Shown in pieces: positions 25,776-38,706 of a stretch of DNA of 64,000 nt; position 1 is the stretch's first letter; each line of letters opens with the position of its first letter. The DNA lies in contig NC_045719.1 of the NCBI RefSeq assembly GCF_009834535.1, positions 19,530,001-19,594,000 on the forward strand, written 5' to 3'. This DNA comes from Camelus ferus (lineage: Eukaryota). The position numbers and the translations under genes are program-made. The notes beneath the pieces were generated by a model, which ran no database searches, was not told where the DNA came from, and saw nothing but the letters and a program-made list of their open reading frames with translations.

Positions 25776-28700
25776 ACATTTCTTTTTTATTTCAGAGTGT
25801 TGGTGGTAATGAAGGAAATGAATATATTGAGATAGAGAAGGGCAGAAGTGTGAGGGGGAACAAAACTGAAGAGCCAGGGGGATAAGCGTGTGATTGACTT
25901 TGGTACAAATGTACGACCCAGTTCTCAGCTTAAATGTAGAATGGAAATGCGGACCTTGCACATCACAGGTTAGTATATTCAAAATAGCAACATAAAACTA
26001 ATTGATCAACCAATCAATACATAAATACGTAAACACAGTATCACCAAGGATGTGTCTATTTTAGGGAGGTAAAGGGAGCTGGATCGAGGTTTAGAAGTAT
26101 CTGGAGGTAATTGGTATAAAAAGATTTAAGAATATATTTTGTGGTTGATGTGATGGAATAATCTGATTGTAAGAAACCAGGCAGACTATATGTTTCACAT
26201 TCATTTATTCAGGCATTTCGTGAACTTTTGTTTACTGTGCACTATATGCTCATCACTGTTCTCTGTCCTACATACACTTATGCCAACAGTTGGGAAAGGT
26301 CTTCGCCAGAAACCACTTTCAGACAAATCAAGGCCAGAAACACAAGGGCAAGACTCTTTTATACCTTGGCAGGATAGCCTGATTCCAAGCCTTTTCTTTC
26401 TCTGATCTTCCAGGCTGTCTATTTTAGATATTCTTTTTATAAATGCATAAACGAAAGTCTGTTTGTGTGATCCCGTTGGGGAGAAAAAAAAGCATTAATA
26501 ATTCAGATTGCTACCAAAGCTTTGCTAATAGCTAGAAATGCTATAGTTAGACATTTATATCCATTTATAGATATTGGTCAGCTTTCAAAAAAATAAACAA
26601 GAATAAATTCAAATGTAACTAATGCATATTGAACTCTGCTTTCCACAAGGCACGGCTCAGGAGAGCAGTGGTAGAACTGATGGGTTAAGTTACTTAGAAT
26701 CTTGAGAATATCATTCATGACCTGCCCTCGAGTCTGCCACCCTATCTTTTTTAGCATCTTCTTATTTCATGGGATTATGCCTTTCTTAATCCAATCACAT
26801 TGTAATATCATGAAAATGAAATCATTTCTTTGGCTCTTCTTGGCTAAACTAGGTTTAGTCATAGAATGCATATATATATATATGTGAATATATATATTTT
26901 TTAATGGATTGAGTAGCCTTTAAAGAGATTCTGTGGTAAGAAATGTAGATAAAAGAGAGCAATGGAGAAGTTTGTAAAATCCAGAGATACAGGGCTAGGC
27001 ACAAAGCTATATGGATGAGAAACATCACTCAGGTCCTTGGGAGCCAAGTGGGGTGGCTGTAGGTTTATCCACAGATCACTGGCCTTTACTTAAGTGATTA
27101 CCAGTGATCTCCTTCTCATGGTTTGTGTCCTGGAATCCTCTTCAAAGGCATCCAGGACTGTGCTCTTTGGTCTCTATTTGGGAAAGTCATTGGTGCCCCC
27201 AAGACCTTAGTTGGTGCTCATCCATTTTTTACCCACTGGGACAAGTCCAGACCTTGCTAATGTCCTGTCAGGCTCCTATTAGCACAGGACAATCAAAGCA
27301 TAACCGTGAACACCTGTGGAAAGGTGGGCGGAAGAAGAAAGGGAGACCCCGAAAGTAATGCATGGGTTTGAGAACGGATACCCTCAGCTGGAGCAGTGGT
27401 CCAGTATGTCCCCGTGGTGCAAGCATCTGGTGACCACAAAGGCAGAAAGCTGTAACACAGAAATAACGTATTACAGCACAATCAATGGGCTTCCCCAGCA
27501 TCACTGAACTTTCCCGGGCTTCTCTTTCAAGGGGAGGAAACCATAGCAGCAATCAAAAACACAATGAAGATGCTGTTGAAGACAAAATCAAATAAAATGT
27601 CTAAAGTGCCTGGCCAGTGCTTGACAGTCAGTCAATGCTCAGAAGCACTTGGTCCTTTCTCCCCCGCATCCTCCGCCCCATCAGTCTTAAAGGGTAATTA
27701 TCACCAGGTAAGAATGTATCAAGGAAAATAACTCAGTACTACGTGGCATGCCGGCTTGTTTCTGCGACTTTATGTTACACTTGAGCCAACCAACCACCAA
27801 GGCAGCTGGGGGCTTCAAGCAGAGGCAGGGATGAGAGCGAGAATGAGAAGCATCCAGTGAGCGCCGACTGCATGCTGCAGAGGCATCAGAGATGGAAGGG
27901 CAAATTAAAATCCTGGGAGAGCAGGTGGATTCGTGTAAATCATGGTCGATCTCTAAAATGTAGCTTCATTCTCATTTTAATTGCTACCTCTAAGTCCAAA
28001 TCTCACCACCTTGTCTTTCTCTCAGCTTTATAACGAGGAGAAAGTGGTGGTTGGTCGCCAGGTCCTGCAAATGGCAGCTCCTTTCTTCCCCCTCCCATGT
28101 ATATAGCTTTCCTGGGTTGTCAGTTTAGTTTCTTCCTCACTTAGGAATATTAGACACTAATGTAGCTTAAGGTTGGAGTCTGGGGAGCTGAGCAAACCCT
28201 GAACCAAGAGGTAAGGCCAGGAAGCCTGTCTCAGTGACTTCCAGCCTGCCACTGCTCCCTGGGTCTGAAGCATCCAGCCTCCCCTGTGAGTCCCTCTGAG
28301 ACATCTGTCCTGTTTTCCTGCACACACACGTGAATATAGTGCAAGATGAAGAGGCCTCCTGCAGGACTGGTGTGGTAGCAATTTATACTAGTCAATTGGG
28401 AGGGATTTAGGCAATGGCCAGAATTACAGAAATTAACTCCCGAGGCAGGTGGTTATTATCATGGTGTCTTTCCAGCTCCCTGTGCACTCATTCGCTAGCT
28501 ACCTTCCAGTGAAATGGGACTGAACACCTTTTATGACAGAAAGCCCTGAATCTAAATATTCTTAGTCATCCTGTGTACGTCTCTACCTTCTTTAACACTT
28601 ATAGCCAATACTTCTTGTACCTCACACTTTCTTTTATTAAAAGACTGTAAGATAATCAAGGATGCCAAGGACCACCCCACTCAACCCTTCACTTTTTAAA

Positions 28701-29389
28701 TGAGTATAGAGACCAGAAGGGACTTATCCACCATCAGAGAGGAGATGAGGACACAGAAAGGTCAGATTTTATTCCTACTTTGTAGCAATATTTTTATTTT
28801 CCCCTTGGGTCTTGGTCGTATTAGCATAACATGGAAACTCCCTGTGGTCAGTGGCATCTCTCCTCCCTTTGGACAACCTTAGTATGAAACTGGCTCTGTG
28901 ATGTTAACAGCAGATGACTCAAGGATTCCTTTCTCTCCACCACTATTAGACTAGGACAAGCTTATGTTTCCACAAATACAAGTCAGCAGTTGCCATCTGT
29001 TGGCTAAAAAGGCTGTCACAACTGCTTTGCCTGGAACTTCTGAGGTTATCAGGGCATGTCCCAGGTTTGGGAGCAACCCTGCTGCTGGTTGTGTCCTTCA
29101 AATGCTGGGGATCTAACCTGAAGAAAGTAAGATTTGGCGCCAGAGTGCAGAGAAGGGGCTCCCCAGAGCAGAGGGTAAGCACCGTTCCAGGCCACACCCC
29201 CCAGTGAACCAGCAGCCCGTGAAGCTGCTTTAGGTCCCTGCTAAGCTTCCTGTGTCCTCTTCATCCACCCTCCCAGGCCACTCGAGGCTACAGCAGTTCT
29301 CCACCTCAACTCGCCATTATTTTATCTTCCACTCATCCATCAATCAAACGTTCACCAAAAGATGCTGTCCTTTACTTTTTAAATTTAAT

Positions 29390-29530
29390 TTATTACATGA
29401 TACACCTTGACTTCTTGCCTAGACTATGAGCTTCCTGGTGATAGAAAAGGCATTATTTACCTTTGTCGTCCTCATCTCACCTCACGTGGTAACTCGTGCG
29501 ACAGTGTCAGTAAATACCCATGAAAATGAT
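29390..29530 (+). mobile_element. LINE-2 3' end fragment
   Basis: ctagactatgagcttcctggtgatagaaa...cagtaaatac. Confidence 0.5.
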
Positions 29531-31734
29531 CACTGAAACTGTTTGACATCTGATTTGAACAGGTGGTGCCTCCTTTAATATATCTTGGGCTACATATTAT
29601 TTTATTTTTTTGCACAAGAAGAGGGAAGGATTATTTCTCTCTTAAATACGCGATTCGTTTCTCCCTACTGGGTCATGAAAGATGAGAAAAAAATAAATTA
29701 AATTAAGGGAATAGCTAGATTTATGAAGTACTTATAAAATGCCAGATACTATAATTAGAATTGTATAGGCATATACAGTTATGCATGATGCATCCGCTTC
29801 AAGATGAGCAGATTATTAAGCTCAGCCTTCACAGGTAGATTGTGAGGGTTGAGTGAGATAATATGCCGTGAACAGTGAAACAGGAGATGTGGATTATGGT
29901 GATAATGACTCCATTTATCATGATGGCTGGATCTCACCTTGGGATGCTGAGAGACCTATGGGATGGGATACTGAAAGAGGAAGTTTCAATGAAGGAAAAT
30001 CTTTTACAGGAAAAAGTCTGAGGTGCCAGGGATGGGGCAGAGATTTTGGCCAGAGAAGAAATGAAAGATCGCCAAAATGTATTTGGAACTGCTGGCAAGT
30101 GCTAACCACTGTCTGCTTCTGCCTAGAGCCACTCCTGGTCTTTCTTGAAATGTGTGAACAATATGCCTTTGATCTTGCATATTTTTCTTGGTCCAATCAC
30201 TGCTTTCTTTTAAATCTAGTTCCACTTATCCTGAGGGCTGCTGATTCAACAATAGGTCTGAATATCCAAGTCTGATACGTATTTTAACTTGTTTTTTAAA
30301 GGAGAGCTTGGTAATTCCTATAAAGAAATGAACCATTAATTCTGCCATGACATTATATATGAAACCTACCCAGGAGCTCCCAAATGCTCTCCAATTCAGA
30401 GGAGACTAAAGTTCAGCAAACCAAGCTGATGTAGTATTATATTTGCCCTTTAAAAAAGGTCAGAATATTGTTCAATTGATGCCAACATCCATGAACGAAA
30501 TGAAAGGGGGTTTGAGACGATTGGATGTGGTTAAGAGTTTTATGGAATTCATGAGGCTCCTTGGTCCCTATAAAATAAAACTCCCGAACAAACCTTATTG
30601 AGAGTAAATCTAGGGAGTATTTTGAAATTAGACATGTGCAATCAACAGGACAATTTTCATTGAGTTTGGATGGGCAAAGCCCTTTTTTAGTTTTCAAAAT
30701 TCACAGCCGATTATCCCTTCTCCAAATGTTATTATTTTTATTTTTATTTTTATTTTTTGTGAGGAGCCAAGAAAGAAATGAGACTTGGGTCAGATTTAAG
30801 CCTATGGCAGAGCCAGGGTTACTAATGCTCAGGATCTGGACATGTAAGCGGCATTAAGACAACTGTAAGAATATTTAAATGTTTATAGCTTCTTACTTTT
30901 AGCAAAGCTGGAATGTATCTTACACCCCATAAGTAGTGTTCGGTGCACCTGTCCTCAACTATAATGCTTTAATATTTTTTTGCTCTAATATTTTTCTGCA
31001 TCTTATGTTGCTTTTCTTTAAAGTAATATTTTCCAACATTTAAAGCACTTAGGTAATTTTTTTGAATGTCGAATCACAGTATAAGATTCATAATGAGAAA
31101 TGGTAGGACCGCTTTGTTCTTAATTTCTGCTTCCTGGGCAACAGATTCTACCCTCTCAGCTGCATTTTTCTTACCTTATGCACTTCCAAATAATCTGATT
31201 ATATTGCTACCTAAATTATGAGGGCAGTTTTTGCTGGAATGATTGGTTCTCTATGGCTGAAGATGGAGATTCTGTCCTCTTAAAACGTGCCTCATGTTTG
31301 TACCCACCCATTCCTCCACCTCCCGATATGCTCATGACACGATCAAAGGTCAAACTTGCCCTCACCATTCACATTATTTTATAAGCACATTTTCTTTCTT
31401 GCTCAATATTTTGTCATTGCTAGAGGTGGCTGTCGATTCACTCTACCTTTATCACTGGCAGGAAAGATTCTTAGCGTTTAGCCTGGGCTTGATGCACATC
31501 TCTTTCTTATTCCACAAGCCAGGATTCAAGAACATGGACACATCTAACTGAAGGCTGGGAAGCAGATCTAGGAAGAGTCTATAGGAAACAGAGAAAAAAG
31601 GATTTGAGGAGACATTTCAGCTGGGTTTTTTCATACCTTCTTCTTATTTTCTTTTTGCTTCTTGTTTCAACTGCTTAGCTGGGTTTGGGAGAAAGAAGCC
31701 ATAAATGTAGATGTTTAATTAACTATGTTCAACT

Positions 31735-32117
31735 NNNNNNNNNNNNNNNNNNNNNNNNNNNNNNNNNNNNNNNNNNNNNNNNNNNNNNNNNNNNNNNNNN
31801 NNNNNNNNNNNNNNNNNNNNNNNNNNNNNNNNNNNNNNNNNNNNNNNNNNNNNNNNNNNNNNNNNNNNNNNNNNNNNNNNNNNNNNNNNNNNNNNNNNNN
31901 NNNNNNNNNNNNNNNNNNNNNNNNNNNNNNNNNNNNNNNNNNNNNNNNNNNNNNNNNNNNNNNNNNNNNNNNNNNNNNNNNNNNNNNNNNNNNNNNNNNN
32001 NNNNNNNNNNNNNNNNNNNNNNNNNNNNNNNNNNNNNNNNNNNNNNNNNNNNNNNNNNNNNNNNNNNNNNNNNNNNNNNNNNNNNNNNNNNNNNNNNNNN
32101 NNNNNNNNNNNNNNNNN
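31735..32117. other. Undetermined sequence (383 N)
   Basis: Run of N. Confidence 0.99.
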
Positions 32118-35100
32118 GATGCTATTGTTCCCTCTTAATCACATGTTCTGTCGGTAGGAAGATGTTGGTTCCATTACTCTGCTTACTCACCGTGTGCTGT
32201 GCTATAATTCAGAAAGGCCAGGTAGTCTTTCCCCAGTTCATACAGAAAGGGAGTTGAAGTTCATGTAAAAAAAAAAAAATCCTTCTGAAGCTTGCCTCCC
32301 TGATCGTGACCTCCATCCTTTTCTTTTCCAGCAAGACATGGGTCAATATGCTTTTTATTTTTTAATAACATCCAGGGAAACACAAGAGAGACTGGTGTCA
32401 AAGATGTGATTTGTTGAACAGAAATATCCCTGTTAATTTCATGACATTTCTTGTCTAGGCACCATGCCTCCTAAATCCCATTGGATTGCTCTCACCATCC
32501 CTTGATGTCAGATTCAGAGGAGAAGCTGGCTTATGTCTATGACTCCTGCTTAAGAAAGCTCACATTCTCAATAAAGGTGGAAAAAAAATTTAAAAAAAAA
32601 GAAACCTCTCAAGGCAGCCCATCAAACACCCATCAACACAGCAGAAACTGAGATCTTACATGGTAAAGGAGCAGATAAGCGTGTACAGATAGAAGTTCCA
32701 TGTGCTGTCATCAACAAATCAGAGCCAGCCACAAGTAAATCCTGACAACAAATGTGCTAGAAAAATTATTCGAAATAAAGCACAATCTACTTCTATCTCT
32801 CTTATTCTATAAAGACATTAATTGTTTGTCAGCCTAATGGACTGTCAGATAACCTCATCACTCCACTTTAATCGCAGCATCTAAAGAAATAAACATGAGA
32901 ACAGAATAAACATAGATCTGTGGAGGCAGGAACAGCATGTCAAGTTTATACACCTTACTCGTTCAATGTTTGTAACTCTCTGTGTGGGTTCTCTATGTTC
33001 TCATTAAAGAGAGAGAAAAAAAAAAAAGAATGGAAAAGGTTAAAGACACCTGTCATCACCTTTTTGAGAGAGGCATGGAACAAAGCCCAGTGAAGAGGGG
33101 GGCCTGGAATAAGGGACAGAGGAAGGAAAAGCCGTGTGTAAAAGGCAGAGCAGGGACTAGATCCTTAAGAGAGATGCATGTCTAAGGGAGAAATGAAACG
33201 AGATTAGCGAGGAAGAGCTGAGCTAATGGGAGCTATTGGTAAAAGCCATGGATGACTGAACTGAAGCACCGGTGTTTGTGATGGACAAAGGTCTTCAATC
33301 AGCGCTCAGGCAGACGCTCTACTGAAGTCTTGACCCAAGGCTTGGTCTGCGCAAGGCTCATGTCTCCAGGTAGAGAGGAAAACACAGTCAGGTGTCTGGA
33401 TGTTTGCCTTCAGCATCCAGACATTTCTCAGCACCTCTGAATGCTGGGATTGTGTTAAGAAGAGCCCGTGGTTTTCTGATGCTAGCAAACAAGACTTGCT
33501 GCCTTTCTTCATCCTCCCTTCATTGAATTTTAATGGGAAAAAAATATGTATATCAATAATTCAACTTCTTTTCTATTTCCAATCATGCCTATATTCATAA
33601 CAAAATTTTCCAAGATGACTCCTTTTATCTGTACTTTATCTCTCACATCTTCTGCCCTCCTAACTGAACGTTCTGTTTTTATTAAGGGTGGCTGCTTCAA
33701 AAGAGGCTCTTTTTCTTCGTGAAATGCACCCACATAGCTTTGATGGCCCTATTTCTCCTCATTTCTTTTCCTCTCTGGCCCAAATCCTACCTGGTGTCCA
33801 TAACTGTCATTTTCCCTTGCTGTCATTTAACCCACAGTTCATTATTTGCTCTTCTTTTAAATGCACCCGTGTTAATTTCCTCAGACTGTCCTCATTGCCA
33901 GCTGGCCTCTTCCCTGCAGATTTCCTGTGGCCAAATGTCACACCTAAGCGCCTGCACCTCTGGTGATTTCTCCCAGCATTTGTTAGGACCCTATCAATCA
34001 TTATCTCACAATAAACAACAGCTTTGCAAACGGAGAGCACGGCTCGCCCAGTGATGGATGCTTCTGTAAGCCTGTCTTTTCTCCTTGTGAGAAGCATGCG
34101 GGCCCCCTCCCTTGACTTTGAGGGCTCTGGCTGTCCCTGCCGTGGCTGATGGGAAAACAAGGCTGAACTGCCAATACCGGGGCCTCTCCTCTCCTCCTCT
34201 TACCGCATTTCCTTATCAGTTGTGACAATATGCCACAATTAATGATAGCAGAAGTACCCATGTTTGATACTGCATGCATCACACTTAGGCGTGATGGATT
34301 AGCAATCAAGGAAATTAATTCTGCCATTACAAAGTAACATCTGAACTTTGAAGTTGGGCGATTGCATTGTGTAAGGTTCAGTTATGAATTCAGCCATAAA
34401 TATAACATTAGGCAGGCTTATTAAGGAGCAGAAGAGTTTCAATATTGTTAGGTTTTCAGTTTCGCAAGCGCTGGTTTACAATTCTTTTCCACCAGCCTCC
34501 TTCACTTCAGAGGGATGTAAGGATTATCAAATTCCAAGGTCAGAAAGACGTTCAATGATGTTGAGTATTTTTGACCAAGTAAATAATATTTCTGATAGAC
34601 TGTTCATGATCAGAGGTGCTTCAGAAACCAGTCCTTGCTGGAACGAGTGATTTAGCTTTGACAGAAGGCAACAGGCTTAGGAGGAATCACTCCTCTTGAT
34701 TTGAGACGCCTTGGGATCACACATGTCAACCTGGGTACCCACATTTCCTGCAATATTTCACCTCTGAGGTGGTTTTATACACTTTGGCACCAAAAATGCA
34801 GCTTTGGAACTTGCTTGCTCTTGGGTCATAGACTTGGTTCTCACATCCACGGCGCATGTGCAAATTGGAGCCAATCTGCACCAGCTCTGAGACTGCTAAT
34901 GCTGCTGGTTGCACTGAATAAAACAGAAACAATGTGTCAACATTATAAAATACAGTAACTCATCAAGACACATAAAAGTTTCCTACTAAGTGCAGGATGC
35001 ATTTCAGAGGGAGGTAACTTTTGGTTAACCCTCAGTTTACATTGACAAAATCATGCTTCTGTAGTCATTGTGGGCACAGACTCGACTAACATGGATGGAA

Positions 35101-37699
35101 CTGTCGGTCTTGCTGTTTATTCCGGCTAAAGCCATTCTTCATGGGGGCCAGTGAGGTCAACAACCACAGAAGTCCACTGACTTGGTTTGGGCCACAGGTA
35201 GACTACAGATTTGCGTGTCCAGAGAGCACAGAAAAGAAGAGGGGATCAGAAAGAGTGTTGACTTTTACCCTTTCCTACCTCACCCACAAAGGGACATGCC
35301 CCCCCCCCCAATTTCTCTAGTATTTTCTTCTTGCTATAAGGGGCCAAAATTCTAATGAAAATATCAAACAAGCCGAACTCTGTGAAATCTGCTAAATATC
35401 CACTACACTGTTGTCTCCATTATTCTGGAATTAGTGTAGAAATATTCTGAATCAGGGGTGGGAAATCTAAAGTACATGATTAAAAAAAATACTTGACCAG
35501 GGTATTCAGTGTCTAAATTATCAGAACAATGTCTGAAAAACTTCACAGAGTCATTTCCAAATGTTTTAGACACACTGATTTTCATTGCATTGGTGTGATT
35601 TATTAATGGTGAAATATTATATATTCTTAAGATGGTTTGCTTGGAATCTATACGTGGTGAGACCATGTTAAATCCACTATGGGATGTGTCACAAATACTG
35701 GATTTCTTTAAAACCATTCTCATAATCATACTTCACAATTTAACGTGTCATTTTACCCAAGTAGTTTAAGTGAATGAGCTGCTGTCTTAATTGTTCGCAT
35801 TTTTGTTGTTTACTCAGTATCATTCCACTCAGTTAAATACATATTTATTGGCAATTTCTGTTTGCCAGTAGCTGTGCTGGTTTCTAGGAATTAAGGACAA
35901 TGACAATTAGAGATTACTACTTTTATCATGGCCAGTGTTTCACACAATAAACCCACGGGTGCCGGTGTGCCCATCCATGCTCACAATGGCTGTTGTCACC
36001 AGAGAGACGGTGTTTATCAGCCTCTTTTGAGACATAAGTAAACTAAAGTCAGGTGCTAAGTAAGTTTGCAGCAACTCCAAGTCTAGAACCTAGGATCCTC
36101 CATGTTCTGCCCGGGGTACTTTCCAGTTAAGCTGCCATATTTTTCACTTCGAACATTTGTTTTAAGAGCGTTAATTGGAATGGTTGCTCTACCTACAATG
36201 AGCCATGTGAAATATGTCAGAGACAAAGGGAGATCTGTGGCTCAGGTCAAAAATTGAAGAGAACGTTTCCCATAAGCAAAATGTAAGCCTCAATATGACT
36301 AATGCCTTTTAAACAACGGCCTCCCTGACTTTTCCTGTGAACTTGATATTTTAAAAATAGTTAAAATTACACTTCAGATCAGAATTACCAAGTTTTCCAT
36401 TTCTTTATGACACAGCTATTCCAGAAATTCGACAGACGGGTTGTTCAAATGTGGGTGCCTTATTTTTGTGCTCATTCTCCCTTGGCTACTTGAAGCCCCA
36501 CTGTCAATGGGAAAACGATTACGAAATAAGTAACATCTGAAGACACAAGTCAGGTAAAGAACTGAAAAAATATATGTAAGTCTTGTCTCCCGATCGCTTA
36601 GTCATGTGACCATGATTAGACTGTCATGTTCTTCACAGTTATTTGATCAAGATGGGGATGAAGAGGGAACATGCAGATTTCACGGCATTTACAAAATGCA
36701 CTTTTTATTCCCCAGGGTGACGACAGCATGATGATTTATGTCCACAGAGTCAGTCATGATTATGCCCATGAAGTTTTAGGTGTGAGTTTCACATAGTGAG
36801 GTGCTTCCTTAAAAGCACGCCTGGGATCACTCAACACGCACAGAAGTGCGCTGTCCAGACCACCTAAGAGAAGAATCTCACTGTGGTGTTACCAATACTG
36901 CAGCATTATTGACACTTCTGAGAATATATTCTTATACATTATCTTATCTGGGCTTATAAGAATTTCGCCTTGTAAGTAGAGTGAGTGTGGATATACATGT
37001 CTATCTTTTATACATAAGCTTAAGATAAGATGCTTAAATCCTATATTATACTCAGCCTTGTTCCTCAAAAACCAAATTTAAATTCAATGCAAATAGTGTA
37101 ATTTTTCTCAAAACCCAAACCAGATCTCGTCTATATTAGAAGATGTCACCGGCAGGTAGAATTAGGTGTCCGTGAAGCATCATGTTTGTTGATTATATGT
37201 TGTGCTGTGACAGGTGGGGAAGAGAAGGATTGTAAAGGTAAACTTGGGATGAATCAAGATCATAGAAAGACAAAAATGACTAACGGGGAACTTTAAATTT
37301 CCTGCAAAGCTGTCCTCTCCCCGTGTCTCCAATCAATCTGTTCACGTCACCTCCCTGTCCAAGGGCTGCTCCAAAGAGTTCCTGCCTCCCCTTCAGACAC
37401 GGTCTTGACAATATAAATCTGCTATTTACTTCCCTTCCTGTCTTCTACTTTCAACTTGTCCTTCTTCTGCTCCTCAAAAGGGTTATCCAACAGCAGCCCT
37501 GGTATCTTCTTTAGATGATGTCCCATCCCTTTGGACTAGAGTCCTAGGCTTCTCAAAGAGACAGTTCGCCAGCATGACAGAAGCTTCCAGCGGGCCACCA
37601 GAGGGTGACAGAGCAGAACTCCCTTTCTTCTCCAGGTAACATGACGTTAAGCGTTAAAAAAAAAAAATGCACTCTACATTCTTCAGTTATATTATCGGT

Positions 37700-37940
37700 G
37701 AGTGTTTAAGAGCATGGGTTCCAGAATCACTCTCCTTGGTGTCAAATCTTGACTACTCCAGTTACTAGCCACGCGGCGCCAGACAACTGATTTCACTCCT
37801 GGGCCTCAATTCTCCCAGCTGTGAAATGTAGGTGTCAGTAGTACCGACGTTCCAGAGCGCGACGGGATTCAATTTCTCAATGAATGAAAAGTTTTTAGAA
37901 CCGTGCCTGACATAGAGTAGGTGCATGCAGAGTTTACTGA
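37700..37940 (+). mobile_element. MIR SINE (locally CpG-rich)
   Basis: gtttaagagcatgggttccagaatc...gggcctcaattctcccagctgtgaaatg...agaaccgtgcctgacatagagtaggtgc. Confidence 0.75.
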
Positions 37941-38682
37941 TCTTAATGTACGAGATAATTTATTTCATCCTCTAACAATGCTAATGACAGGCATCACATT
38001 TCTTGCATGTGGTTCAAAAGCTAGGGTTTGAGTCAGCATCTGAACTCAGACTGACTCCAGAAACTGCAATCTCTTCATGATGATTTTAACCATTTGAAGG
38101 CCATGCTTCCTCTCTGCGGAGAAGGCCTAAGGTTATCCTGAACAAAGTGAGGTTATTTTGAAACCGGCCTCATGGCCAAAATATGTATGAGGTGCGCAGG
38201 GAAAGGTGTCGTCATGCCGGTTTCTGTGTGTTTCCAGTTGCATTCTGCCGAGAATTGTCTTCTTTGTCCTTGCTAACATGGACTCAGTTCCTTTTTCTGA
38301 AGTGTAGGTATATGCCCTTCATGCCATCAACTTCCTAACTATGGCACTGATCACTGATGAATGCTAAATACAGAGGTACAGAGATTCTTTTTGCAATAAT
38401 TCTGTCTCATGAGAATATAAACCCATTTCTGAAAATAAACAGAAAAAAGAAATCCTCTGACAACACAAATTAATCGTCATAAAAACCACACAGTAAAAGA
38501 CAAGTACTCGGGTCCTCCTTTCAATACCTAAGGACTTTGATTTAACATAACCTCACTTGATTATCTGCTTGTTTTCATAAGAGAGCATATTGTAAGTTTC
38601 AAAATAGAGAAGAGAGAGAGGTTTTGTTTGAATCAGCAGACTGACATTTGCAAAAAATTAAAGTTAGTTACAATAAAGTTAT

Positions 38683-38706
38683 ACACACACACACACACAC
38701 ACACAC
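38683..38706. repeat. (AC)12 microsatellite
   Basis: Direct reading. Confidence 0.95.

Noticed and set aside
27104-27358. ORF ending in KKKGRPRK (AT-hook-like)
   Set aside because: Core is KGRP rather than RGRP, GTG start, low-complexity purine DNA, no other coding support
28145-28210. Plus-strand segment with good acceptor and GAG|gtaagg donor
   Set aside because: Stops in all three frames; cannot be coding, and there is no evidence for non-coding use
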